Below, piece by piece: positions 9,325 through 19,199 of a stretch of DNA of 36,367 nucleotides; positions within the stretch are counted from its first letter, which is position 1; each line of letters begins with the position of its first letter. The translations under genes were made by a program, and so were the position numbers. Source of the DNA: a virus (taxonomy: Duplodnaviria > Caudoviricetes); the IMG/VR virus record IMGVR_UViG_3300017914_000784, positions 1-36,367 of that record; one strand, 5' to 3'. Under the pieces are notes generated by a model that saw only the letters and a program-made list of their open reading frames with translations, did not search any database and was not told where the DNA came from.

Positions 9325-10373
9325 TATAAGACCTTTTTTGCTTCCATCTGTCCAGTACAATTACAATCCATATACGGTTTATCGCATATATATGGTTCAC
9401 TGTTATACTTGTATTTATTTACAAATTCTTCATCAAAAATGTTTAAAAAACCGCGTTCCACAAAATTCACTCCACAGGGTAAATATCCCATGCTACCATC
9501 ATATTTTATATGCATAGCACGACCTTCAGCATAACATTTATACCCAACCCAGTTACCTTGATATCTAGTACGTTTACCTTTTTGCCAATCTAATGTTTCA
9601 ACACCATTATTATGTTTAATATGAGGATCTTGAAACTTTAAAAAATTTTTATCTTTTGAAAGAATTCTGTTTTTTCTTTTATAACTTCTAACATCACTGA
9701 GTTGTTTATTTGTATTATATTCTTGTTGTAAACTATTTAAAATATCATGCTGGTCTTTTGTTAATTGTTCAAACTCTTTATTTCTACTGGTTAATCTGTA
9801 TCTATTAATTTTTAACTTAATATGTGTAAAGTCTTTTCCAGTTGTAAGTTTAGCAAACACCTTATAATCGTTTACAGCCTGATCAAAATTTTGAGCACCT
9901 GCCATTACAGAAACACTAGTGTTTATGTTATGTTCTGCTAATAGTTTAAGTAGTTCTACATTATGTTCTACTTTAGATTCTGGATGGTGTGAAAGAATAA
10001 TATGTTCCAATTGTTCGATATTATTTTTCCACCATTGTATTGGTCTTGTACCGTTTGTAATTAACATCACGTGTGAATTATTATCTATATCATTTAAAGT
10101 TTTTAATAATAATTCAAACTTCTTTTGTGCAGTAGGTTCTCCACCTGACAATGTCCATTGTATATGATCTGTTGGATTGTTTTTTCGTATTTGATTTATA
10201 AGAAAAGTTACATTTTTTTGTAATAAAGGTGTTACTTCAGGTGCTCTATGTGTACCTAAATTTGCTTCATCGAAACAATAAGGACATTTAAAATTACACC
10301 AGTTACCTATTGCCCATTCAATAACTATTTTGTTATTGATGACTTCTAGTATTTGATTGCCATCTATTTTCAT
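9324..10373 (-). CDS. Radical SAM protein
   Basis: CNFKCPYC (CxxxCxxC); SGGEPT; ITNG; C-terminal Cys cluster (SPASM/twitch-like). Confidence 0.9.
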   Translation of the reverse strand: MKIDGNQILEVINNKIVIEWAIGNWCNFKCPYCFDEANLGTHRAPEVTPLLQKNVTFLINQIRKNNPTDHIQWTLSGGEPTAQKKFELLLKTLNDIDNNSHVMLITNGTRPIQWWKNNIEQLEHIILSHHPESKVEHNVELLKLLAEHNINTSVSVMAGAQNFDQAVNDYKVFAKLTTGKDFTHIKLKINRYRLTSRNKEFEQLTKDQHDILNSLQQEYNTNKQLSDVRSYKRKNRILSKDKNFLKFQDPHIKHNNGVETLDWQKGKRTRYQGNWVGYKCYAEGRAMHIKYDGSMGYLPCGVNFVERGFLNIFDEEFVNKYKYNSEPYICDKPYMDCNCTGQMEAKKVL

Positions 10374-10387
10374 TGATATATTTTATA

Positions 10388-11647
10388 TTAACTTGCCCAC
10401 TTTTTAGTTGCCGCAAAATTCAATCTATTGAATTCCATTCTATCGTTTAGTTTGACAGCACCGCCGTCAATACCAAATGCTACAAAGCCTTCGTGATTAG
10501 TAACTCTATAACCATCAGCAGTTTTTTCAAACGTACCAATGTTATCTACTTTACTTAATTTACCAATTAATAATAACTTTGCACTAATTATACGACGATA
10601 TACAGCCAGTGTCAATAATAAAGTGTTGGCATTATCGGCCAAAAATTCTTTTTGTTGTTCTATCTTTTCTAATCTATTTTTTACTGCTGGTTTTTCAGGA
10701 TCTTGATTCTTAAGTCCATCAATTTCTTTTTGCATTTTGCCTGTATAAAAATCTTGGAACTTTCTTAAAAACTCCAAAGGTTCGCCTACTTGTTCACCTG
10801 CTCTTACATTGGCATTAATAAAAGGTTTAATAAATTTTGAGAATTGACCAAACTCTAGTACTTTGTTCATTTTAGTACCAACTTTTTTAAGTGTAGTGCG
10901 TCCTCTATCTAATTCATTATCAATTTTTGCTTCTTCTTCGCCAGTTAGTGTTGCAATACCACTTACATCTTTATAATTTGCATCATCAAACCATACATCA
11001 GATGTTTTTTGTAAACCGTTTACACTATATCCAAAATTTGCAGTCATTTCGTCAAGTGTTTCACCTGTGTACTCTGTATGAAATACAATACCTATTTTTG
11101 CTTTTGCTATACGTTTACCAATATCACTCTTTACAGGAACTGCATATGTTAAAGTGTTAGGAGTAAACGTATGACATTCTTCGTCACCAACTGTGTCTTG
11201 TTCGACATCACCTGGACCAAATAAGAAGTCACCTTGTACTACTGTACCTATTCCTAATTTAGGAAGTAATTGTAAAGCAAGAATCAATTTATCTTCTAAG
11301 TCACCTTTACCAGCATACATAGATTTTACGTCAGAAGTTGACTTTGCTCTTTTTTTATCTTCTTTATTGAATACTGCTTTTGTTCCTACAAAGAACTTTC
11401 CATCTTCTGGATCAATGCCACAGATAATTGCAGGTGCTCCGTCCCACTTAACAGTTAATTTACCTGTTGGGGAACCACCTTCTAATAATCCTTTAACTGC
11501 ATCTAAATATTCAAAGGCTCTTACTGCACCATCGTAACCATTGTTGAATACTAAATCTTCAATGTGTTCTAGGTGTGTATTTTTACCTTCTGCTTCAAAC
11601 AGTTTCCAACTGTGTGTTTTAGGAATAAAAACTTCTTTTAATAACAT
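10388..11647 (-). CDS. Conserved T4-like phage protein (DUF6267-like) with ligase-type nucleotidyltransferase motifs
   Basis: KNTHLEHIED; TVKWDGAP (KxDG); VQGDFLF; HEGFV; AVKL. Confidence 0.7.
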   Translation of the reverse strand: MLLKEVFIPKTHSWKLFEAEGKNTHLEHIEDLVFNNGYDGAVRAFEYLDAVKGLLEGGSPTGKLTVKWDGAPAIICGIDPEDGKFFVGTKAVFNKEDKKRAKSTSDVKSMYAGKGDLEDKLILALQLLPKLGIGTVVQGDFLFGPGDVEQDTVGDEECHTFTPNTLTYAVPVKSDIGKRIAKAKIGIVFHTEYTGETLDEMTANFGYSVNGLQKTSDVWFDDANYKDVSGIATLTGEEEAKIDNELDRGRTTLKKVGTKMNKVLEFGQFSKFIKPFINANVRAGEQVGEPLEFLRKFQDFYTGKMQKEIDGLKNQDPEKPAVKNRLEKIEQQKEFLADNANTLLLTLAVYRRIISAKLLLIGKLSKVDNIGTFEKTADGYRVTNHEGFVAFGIDGGAVKLNDRMEFNRLNFAATKKWAS

Positions 11648-13920
11648 TATGCCGCCTTTGCACTTTTGGCTAATATTGCTCTTACTTCGTCGTCTAATTC
11701 ATTTGCTTTAATAATTTTTGCTAATGCTTCTACGTCTATAAAGTTTTGTGGATTTTCATCACCTGGTTTTACTTCAGCGTCTTTTTTATCATCTGCTGGT
11801 GCATCTGTTTTAGGTGCATCTGTTTTAGTAAGGTCAATATCCATTTTAGTTGTTTCTTTGTTTAGTATGCCAATCATTTCATCGTCCATACCTGCACGTT
11901 TTAATGTTTGTACAACGCCTGCAACATTTGTTGGACTCTTAAGACCTTTCCATAAACTCATTAGTTTCTTAACTGTAATCTTATTGCCTACTTCATGTCC
12001 TACTGCTTTACCAGTTTTAATAGCCGCCTGAGCCGCTTTCATACCTGCCGCAGTAACACCGCCAACGGCTTTATCCGCTACAGTACCGACACCTTTAACC
12101 GCCGCCGCCGCGGCTTTTTTCATTAAGTCTAGTGCAGGTCCTTCTTCTAAATATTGTTCCATTAATTTGTTTTCAATATCTTTTCTATAAGATTCTTGTG
12201 CTTGTGCTTTTGCTTGTTTGTTTTCAGCATCTGCTACTGCACCTGCTAATCCAACTGTTGCTATTGCACCAGCAAAACTTGTTGCTAATTTTTGGTTTAA
12301 GTCATCATAATATTCAGTAACTGCCGCTTCAGAATCAATATTATCGCCTGTATATTTGCTCATTAATTCCCAAAACTTATCTTGGTCTTCATCGCTTAAC
12401 TTTTCAAGTACACCGTCTGCTATTTTAGATTCAGGTGCAATTCGAACTGATTTAACTTCATAAACATCGTTACCGTCAGCATCAACACCTGAGTATTCAT
12501 ACTCACCTGTAAATGTTAAATCTCCTTCGATGCCATCAAAACTTGTTGTAATCTCACTTGAGAAAGTTTGTCCACCTTGCATATCGTCTGGAATATCAAT
12601 TTGTTGTGCTACTGCGTTTGCGTCTATATTATCGGGTAGTTTACCGTCCCAAACCTGTAAAGAATCACCGCCGCCTATTTTTACACCAAACCATGTTTGA
12701 TCTGCTACTGCTTTATCAAAACCTGCTTGTGCTTGAATCTGTGCTATTTCGTCTTCTGTCATTCCTTTTTCTTTTAGGAAATCCATAAATTCTTCACTTA
12801 AATCAGGTTGTTGAGCATAATCTAAACCTGCTTTTTGTATTTGGTCATTTGAAATTTCACCTGCCGGTTCTACTGTAGTTTCTGTAGATCCTGCATCTTG
12901 ATTTGAAGTTGTTGTAGTTTTTTCTAAATTAACACCTTCGCCTTCGATACCGAACTTATCTGCTAAATTATTAACTGCCTCTTGGGCGTTTGCGCCATCA
13001 GGTTCTAGTTCAAAAATTTTGTTATTAATTTCTTGTACTTGTTTTAATATGGCGTCATTTGCTTCTGGATCCTCAACTGCTAAATTTCTAGCCATTGTTA
13101 AAAATGCATTTCTAGTTTGCATTAATTCTTTTACTTCATCAGCAGTAATTGTTTCTATAGTTTTATCCATTCCAGGAAGTTCATCTACGTCAAGTATAGT
13201 TCCATCAGAGGCTGTAAATATCTGCGTAACTTCTGCTGGAAATAAATCGTTTGCTAAATCGCCAACAACTTGTCCAAGTCCACCAGCAAGAGCACCAATT
13301 GCCATTTGCTTACCAGTTTTTGCAACTGCACTACTTAACTTGTCACCTGTTACAATATTGTTTGCTAATTTAATAAAGAAACCAATTGCCATACCTGAAA
13401 CAATACCACCACTAGCAAATGCTAATGCTGAAGTCATTGCCGCGATACAAAATGCCGCTTTGGCTGGATTTTCTTTACTATAATCTTTCCATTTGTCAAC
13501 CATACCTAATACAGATTGACCACCTGCACCTTTTCCAATAGTACTAGCAATTTGTTTTCTTAAATTATCAAATGCCGCATCTACATTTTGTATTGGTGCT
13601 GAATCTTGTGCTTGTTTGGCTAACTTTTCAATTTCTGTTTTTAGTTTACTTGCAATAGCACCACTAATTTTTCCTGCTTTACCTAAAACAGTTTGATTAG
13701 TGCCACTTTGCATAGCAACTTTTTCTGCTCTTGTAAAAATATCTTTAATTTGGTCAGGTGTTACTTCTGCTTCAAATAGTTTACTGTATTGTTCAACTAG
13801 AGGCCAAACTTTATTTTCCCATGAACCAATATACACTTGTTGTTCTTCAGTAAGTGTATTCCAACTTTCTGCTAGATAATGTTTGGATTTATAATCATAT
13901 TTTACTTCATTAAGTTTCAT
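11647..13920 (-). CDS. Large hypothetical protein with hydrophobic helices; candidate ejection/internal protein
   Basis: 757 aa; MKLNEV leader; LAE|S, LFE|A and LEE|G sites; Ala/Gly-rich hydrophobic segments flanking an acidic core. Confidence 0.7.
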   Translation of the reverse strand: MKLNEVKYDYKSKHYLAESWNTLTEEQQVYIGSWENKVWPLVEQYSKLFEAEVTPDQIKDIFTRAEKVAMQSGTNQTVLGKAGKISGAIASKLKTEIEKLAKQAQDSAPIQNVDAAFDNLRKQIASTIGKGAGGQSVLGMVDKWKDYSKENPAKAAFCIAAMTSALAFASGGIVSGMAIGFFIKLANNIVTGDKLSSAVAKTGKQMAIGALAGGLGQVVGDLANDLFPAEVTQIFTASDGTILDVDELPGMDKTIETITADEVKELMQTRNAFLTMARNLAVEDPEANDAILKQVQEINNKIFELEPDGANAQEAVNNLADKFGIEGEGVNLEKTTTTSNQDAGSTETTVEPAGEISNDQIQKAGLDYAQQPDLSEEFMDFLKEKGMTEDEIAQIQAQAGFDKAVADQTWFGVKIGGGDSLQVWDGKLPDNIDANAVAQQIDIPDDMQGGQTFSSEITTSFDGIEGDLTFTGEYEYSGVDADGNDVYEVKSVRIAPESKIADGVLEKLSDEDQDKFWELMSKYTGDNIDSEAAVTEYYDDLNQKLATSFAGAIATVGLAGAVADAENKQAKAQAQESYRKDIENKLMEQYLEEGPALDLMKKAAAAAVKGVGTVADKAVGGVTAAGMKAAQAAIKTGKAVGHEVGNKITVKKLMSLWKGLKSPTNVAGVVQTLKRAGMDDEMIGILNKETTKMDIDLTKTDAPKTDAPADDKKDAEVKPGDENPQNFIDVEALAKIIKANELDDEVRAILAKSAKAA

Positions 13921-14480
13921 TATGCTTTTGCTCCTGTCTTATCTAACAATGCTTGTAGTTGTTTTCTTTGATCTGGTGTTAATGAATTAAGTGCCGCTTT
14001 CATATCGTCATTAACTTCACCTGGATTCTTTTGTTCTTCACCTCTAACATATCTACCAAAAATTGTATCTGCTTGTGATACTAATTGTGGATCAATTGCT
14101 TTAACAATTTTTAAAAATGTTTGTGCTCCTGTAAAAGGAGTTTTTGGTTTTAAGAAATAATTTTGACTTGCATACGCAATTAATAGTTTGCCAATCTTTT
14201 TAACATTATTATCGTTTAATGTAAAGCCTGGTATAGCAAGTGCTTTAACAGGATCTGTTTTAAACATATGCTCGAACCATCCATTAAATGAATTAGTTGG
14301 TTCTTCGTCAAATTTTTCAGCGTTCTTTTCTTCTACTTCTTCGTAATTCTGTACAGCCTTTGCATACATCTGCTTGGCTTTGCCGGCAAGTGCTTTTAAT
14401 TCTTGCTCTTTCTTTTTTGCGTCAGCAAGTTCTTTGTTAAACTCTGCTTGATTACCTAAATTTAATTCGTCTATTCTCAT
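13920..14480 (-). CDS. Hypothetical protein
   Basis: 186 aa; MRIDEL leader; overlapping start/stop codons with both neighbours. Confidence 0.7.
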   Translation of the reverse strand: MRIDELNLGNQAEFNKELADAKKKEQELKALAGKAKQMYAKAVQNYEEVEEKNAEKFDEEPTNSFNGWFEHMFKTDPVKALAIPGFTLNDNNVKKIGKLLIAYASQNYFLKPKTPFTGAQTFLKIVKAIDPQLVSQADTIFGRYVRGEEQKNPGEVNDDMKAALNSLTPDQRKQLQALLDKTGAKA

Positions 14481-14722
14481 TTTTTTAACTTCTTTAAACC
14501 ATTATTAAATTTCGACGGATCTTGACGTTTAATTGCTAACAACAATTTACGTTCCATGTCCTCTGCAACTGTATCATCGTACGATTCTTTGATTAATTCA
14601 ATAAGATTTGTAGCACTAGCGATTATATGCTGGGCTCTTGACTCTATTAAGTGTACACGATCTCGTGGGATTGCAATACTGTCTAATTCTTCAAGAAGTC
14701 TACGATGTTTATTTTGCATCAT
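14477..14722 (-). CDS. Hypothetical protein
   Basis: 81 aa; GGAG RBS; ATAAATA upstream at 14742-14748. Confidence 0.7.
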   Translation of the reverse strand: MMQNKHRRLLEELDSIAIPRDRVHLIESRAQHIIASATNLIELIKESYDDTVAEDMERKLLLAIKRQDPSKFNNGLKKLKK

Positions 14723-14806
14723 TTTTCTCCGTATTATAACTTATTTATTTAATTTTTTTGGTTAAATACATATTGTAAAGTAAGAAACAAGAAGGGGATT
14801 ACACAC

Positions 14807-15589
14807 ATGAATTACGATTCGCATCATGCTATGCTTTCTGCTATGGCATACAAAGACATGGACCCATCTATACAAGCAAACCTTAAACAATTAGGGTATA
14901 ACACCATCGAATTCCTTGATATTGATGGGGCTCAAGCATATATGCTGGCGAACAATACCCTTGTAACACTTGTATTTAGAGGTACAGAACCAGGTGAACC
15001 AAGTGACCTTATTGCTGACGCAAAAACTTGGAAAAGTAAAAGTAAAGTTGCTGGTAAAGTACACGATGGATTTTATGACGAAGTTGAAAAACTTTGGGAA
15101 AAAATTGAAGAATTTATTAATAATCATAAAGAAAAAGAATGTACTGTAACTGGTCATAGTTTAGGTGCCGCAATGGCTACTATTTGTGCCGCTAGATTGC
15201 AGGACGATTTTAAAAATATTTCTTTGTACACTTATGGTTCTCCAAGAGTTGGTAACAAAGAATTTATTAATACATTAAAAATAAAGCATCATCGTTGGGT
15301 AAACAACAATGATACTGTAACTAGAGTTCCGCCTGCATTTTTAGGTTTTAGACACTACGGTGAACTAAAATACCTTAACTTCTACGGAAACGTTCGTAAC
15401 GGTTTAAGTCCATGGCAACGTTTCAAAGACAGAATGAGAGGTAGATTAAAAGCCTGGTCTAAACTTCAATTTTTCGATGGCGTATACGACCATAGTATTG
15501 ACGCATATGCTAAAAAAATTAGAAGAAAAGATATTCAAAAAGATAAAAAAGGTAATTTAGTAATTGATCAATTTAAACCTAAAAGTTAA
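14807..15589 (+). CDS. Class 3 lipase
   Basis: VFRGTE; VHDGF; TGHSLGAAMA nucleophile elbow; YTYGSPRVG; DTVTRVP; DH. Confidence 0.92.
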   Translation: MNYDSHHAMLSAMAYKDMDPSIQANLKQLGYNTIEFLDIDGAQAYMLANNTLVTLVFRGTEPGEPSDLIADAKTWKSKSKVAGKVHDGFYDEVEKLWEKIEEFINNHKEKECTVTGHSLGAAMATICAARLQDDFKNISLYTYGSPRVGNKEFINTLKIKHHRWVNNNDTVTRVPPAFLGFRHYGELKYLNFYGNVRNGLSPWQRFKDRMRGRLKAWSKLQFFDGVYDHSIDAYAKKIRRKDIQKDKKGNLVIDQFKPKS

Positions 15590-16977
15590 CTTTTTAGTGT
15601 TTTTAACATATCTTGTAATTTAGAACTTTGTACATCAGCACGAATAGTCTTTTGTGGCTGTTCGTCTGATGTAATTTCAGCAGTAGTCTTAATCTTGCTC
15701 ATAACATCATTACTTTTATCACTAACAGTAGTTGGTTGTTCTGCATCACCTCCTACTAGTTCTCTAATTCTTAAACTGTTTTGATCAAACTCTAAATCTA
15801 CTTTTTGACCTACACCTGCACTACTTCTAGTTTTCATAAACTGTATTTGATATCTTCCACGTTCACGCATCGCTCTACTTGTAAAAATACCAATAACATT
15901 ATCAGCAGTATTAATTTTACTAATACCGCCTGCAATATGCGAATGATCAAATTCAATTTCTTCAACTGCCGCTCTGTTTAACTGCGAAGCAGTTACCATT
16001 ACAAAGTCCATCTCTTTTGCTAAATTACGCAATTCTTCAGATACATATTTGTCTTTAATAAATTGATCATTAGGACTTACTTTTGCACTAACTGGCATTA
16101 ACAAGTCTAAATAATCAACACAAATATAATCTAATTTTTTACCTATCTTAACTTGCAATTCTTTTAGATATGCTCTAATATCATTAATATTACTTTGTGC
16201 TGGTAAATATTTAATTCTCATACTACCTGCTTTTTTGCTTGTCATACCAATTTTCATTTCAACAGTATCCAAGTCTTTAAATATTTCTTTACTAGGCACA
16301 TCTGTAACCATACTATCAATACGCATAGCACACAATCCTTCACTTAATTCAAGTGTTACATAAACACCATTAAGTCCTGCCATTGCCCAGTTAACTGCTA
16401 GATTTTGCATAAACAAACTTTTACCAGATCCACTACCACCAGCAAAAATGTTTAGTTCACCTCTGTTAAATCCACCAAACAGTTTTTTATCTAATGCGGG
16501 CCAGCCTGTGCTGATTTGTCCGTTGTTATCCTTAAGAGCCATTAATCTTGCTCTAGGATCTTCCCAATACTCAATACCTAAATCTTTTGTTAAACTTATT
16601 TGTACTGCATCTTTAATTAGTTTTTCTACAGGCTCATATGTACCTTTTTCCAACAAGTCTGCACTTTTTAAAATTGCACGTTCTAGTTCTTGTCGTCTAG
16701 TAAATTTTTCAAATTCATCTAAAAACCATTCATAGTGTCCATCGCTAACTTCTTTAACTGCTTTTAGTTTAGAACCAGTTGCCGCATTTACTTGTTCTAT
16801 TGTAGGCATAGTATTGTATTCACCTGTATGCGTTTCAACAAACTTTGCCGCTTCTCTTAAACTTTTGTCAAAGTTATTTGCGTTAAAAATATTTTGTACA
16901 CGAACATAAGATTCTGCATCATTTAGCATCATCTCTAAAAATAGTTTCTGTATATCTATTGTATATTCAGTTTGCAA
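15586..16977 (-). CDS. Replicative DNA helicase (T4 gp41/DnaB family)
   Basis: ISTGWPALD; GGSGSGKS; VTLELSE; CVDYLDL; TASQLNR; KTR. Confidence 0.93.
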   Translation of the reverse strand: MQTEYTIDIQKLFLEMMLNDAESYVRVQNIFNANNFDKSLREAAKFVETHTGEYNTMPTIEQVNAATGSKLKAVKEVSDGHYEWFLDEFEKFTRRQELERAILKSADLLEKGTYEPVEKLIKDAVQISLTKDLGIEYWEDPRARLMALKDNNGQISTGWPALDKKLFGGFNRGELNIFAGGSGSGKSLFMQNLAVNWAMAGLNGVYVTLELSEGLCAMRIDSMVTDVPSKEIFKDLDTVEMKIGMTSKKAGSMRIKYLPAQSNINDIRAYLKELQVKIGKKLDYICVDYLDLLMPVSAKVSPNDQFIKDKYVSEELRNLAKEMDFVMVTASQLNRAAVEEIEFDHSHIAGGISKINTADNVIGIFTSRAMRERGRYQIQFMKTRSSAGVGQKVDLEFDQNSLRIRELVGGDAEQPTTVSDKSNDVMSKIKTTAEITSDEQPQKTIRADVQSSKLQDMLKTLKS

Positions 16978-17977
16978 GTTTCTTCCTCATAAGTTCGATT
17001 TTTATTTTACTTTGTTGTGCAGAATTAATTATACTCCATAATGTATATAGTTTTCCATATTTGTCTACTGCATCACTTACATCTTTTATGTTATCTTCCC
17101 AATCTGGAAATGCTACACTCCAACCATACTCTATTGCAGTATCAATTACTTTACTTCCTGCATCATCCTGGTCTGGTACTACTATAACATCTTTTCCTAA
17201 AGAGTCAATCAAATCCGCTTGGGCTTCGTTAATCATATTACTGTTTATACCCACACCACCAATTTTTAAAGCATCTATAGGACCTTCTGTAACAATTACA
17301 ATTTTACGATCCTTGCTTTGTTCATTAGTATTATATACATACCCAGGTTGCATACTGTTTAAGTATTTTGGTTGTACATCATTATTAATTGCTCTAGCAG
17401 TATGCCCAACAAACTTTCCTTTATAATAAAACGGAATAATTACACGTTGATTCAAATTACCTGCTCTACTAGGAGACCATCTTAAATCTTTTAAATTACT
17501 TTCAAGTCCTCTACTAATAACATATTCTGCCACACTAGCAATTTGTTTTTCGTGTTTGCCTGGATTATGTATCCAATGTAAAAGTGTTTCAGAATCAGTT
17601 GGGTAATCTCTTTCTTCAAAATTAACTTCTTCTACTTCTTCAATTTCGCCAATTTCTTCTGCATACTCTTTTAATCGTAATGCTTCAATTTGAAGGCCTT
17701 TAATTGTTTTTTCATCTGCACCAAACCATTGTAGCAACTTTCTAATTTTATATGTAAGATGCCAGCCTGGTTTCCAATGTGCTTTAAACCCACAATTAAA
17801 ACAGTGATAACTTAAAATGCCATCAGCACCTCCAGTTATTCCTGCTCTACCTTTTTTATCTTGAGACTCGTTGTTATGTACACAACACGACCCACTAAAA
17901 CTTATCCAGCCACTTGGACTAGTTTTCTTTTTAGAAGGCAATAAACCAAATAATGTGTCGTATATTTTATTCTGCAT
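16967..17977 (-). CDS. DNA primase (T4 gp61-like)
   Basis: N-terminal Zn domain (CCVH...HCFNCG); RVIIPF; TOPRIM motifs VTEGPIDA and PDQDDAG; adjacent to the helicase. Confidence 0.9.
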   Translation of the reverse strand: MQNKIYDTLFGLLPSKKKTSPSGWISFSGSCCVHNNESQDKKGRAGITGGADGILSYHCFNCGFKAHWKPGWHLTYKIRKLLQWFGADEKTIKGLQIEALRLKEYAEEIGEIEEVEEVNFEERDYPTDSETLLHWIHNPGKHEKQIASVAEYVISRGLESNLKDLRWSPSRAGNLNQRVIIPFYYKGKFVGHTARAINNDVQPKYLNSMQPGYVYNTNEQSKDRKIVIVTEGPIDALKIGGVGINSNMINEAQADLIDSLGKDVIVVPDQDDAGSKVIDTAIEYGWSVAFPDWEDNIKDVSDAVDKYGKLYTLWSIINSAQQSKIKIELMRKKLAN

Positions 17978-17998
17978 AGTGCTTACTATAGCACAAAA

Positions 17999-18784
17999 TT
18001 ACGGACGATACAAGACTTTTGTTAAGGTTCCAGCAGTTTTTTCTTGCTTAAAGCGAATTGCAGTAAAAACGCCACTAAATGTAGTATATTCGTTACCTGT
18101 AACAGTAGAATATGTATCAGTTTTGATGTCTACCCAATTAGCATTTACCAAACTAGCCACAGGATCCATAGTACCTTGTACTGTAATATCGCCTGTATAA
18201 CCGTTTAAATAATACTGTGCCGTGTGTAGTGCTTTATTTTGATTGAGTTCTGGGTATGCATTAGTTCCACTGGTGTACTTTGTAACTGTATTTCCACCAC
18301 TGTTTGCTTCGTCTGAAATTATTAGTAATTCTCTACTTGGTACAAATTCATTATAAACACCGTCAATAACTTCAATAGTACCTCCTGCGTCGTAATTACT
18401 CCCACTAAACACTATAGTTTTTGTACCATCTGATTTTAGTTCATGTACACTGTAAGTATACATATTTGCATCAGTGTTTCTTAAATCCGAATCTGTTAAA
18501 TCGAAGTCGACTTTGCCTTGATTCGCATTTGATATGGTGCCGGTTTTAGAAAGGATAACTACATATGTAGAAGGATTTAAAATGTTAAAGACAAATGTTT
18601 TTCCTGTTATATCAACAGGCTTTTGATCTGAATCTTTCAGTTGTAGTTGTAGGGTATTTTTAATACCTCTATATGCTTTTAAGGGACGTGAGTACACTGT
18701 TCTATTCCTATTTTCTACAGTTGAATCTGGAGAGTAAACAACTGAAATATTTTGCGTTTGTAAGTATCCAAAAAGTTTTTGCAT
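17999..18784 (-). CDS. Putative virion structural protein (BppU-like N-terminus)
   Basis: LQLQLKDSDQKPVDITG beta-rich pattern; T/S-rich; late motif ATAAATA at 18807-18813. Confidence 0.55.
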   Translation of the reverse strand: MQKLFGYLQTQNISVVYSPDSTVENRNRTVYSRPLKAYRGIKNTLQLQLKDSDQKPVDITGKTFVFNILNPSTYVVILSKTGTISNANQGKVDFDLTDSDLRNTDANMYTYSVHELKSDGTKTIVFSGSNYDAGGTIEVIDGVYNEFVPSRELLIISDEANSGGNTVTKYTSGTNAYPELNQNKALHTAQYYLNGYTGDITVQGTMDPVASLVNANWVDIKTDTYSTVTGNEYTTFSGVFTAIRFKQEKTAGTLTKVLYRP

Positions 18785-18824
18785 TTTTTATTCCACATAT
18801 TATATATATTTATGTAAAGTTGAC

Positions 18825-19199
18825 ATGGACGAACTATTAGAAAAATTACTTAAACAATACCCGTTTTTGAGCCATATACAATATGCCGGAAAAGAGTATA
18901 TTGGTATCATACAAAACCGAGATGCTCACTGTACTAGTTTTTATGACTACGAACGTATAGGCGACCTTGAACTAAAAAAGCATTTTTTACAACTTGCTGA
19001 AACATGGTGGTGGGAATCAAATAGAATGATACCTATTAACATATTTCTCAAACAAGACTGGGCACCTTTTAGACGATATCTAACTACTTTTATTAGTAAG
19101 GATTGTAATGTACTTGCTGGTCCAAGTGTTAGTCTTAACGAACTTTCTAAAAAACGAACTAAACGTAGAAGCATTCAATTAGTTAAAAAAGTTGATTAA
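18825..19199 (+). CDS. Hypothetical phage protein
   Basis: 124 aa; fills the gap between flanking genes; [15 protein letters not shown]. Confidence 0.75.
   Translation: MDELLEKLLKQYPFLSHIQYAGKEYIGIIQNRDAHCTSFYDYERIGDLELKKHFLQLAETWWWESNRMIPINIFLKQDWAPFRRYLTTFISKDCNVLAGPSVSLNELSKKRTKRRSIQLVKKVD

Noticed and set aside
11798-11827. 15-bp tandem duplication (KTDAP twice)
   Set aside because: An ordinary in-frame duplication in a low-complexity linker.
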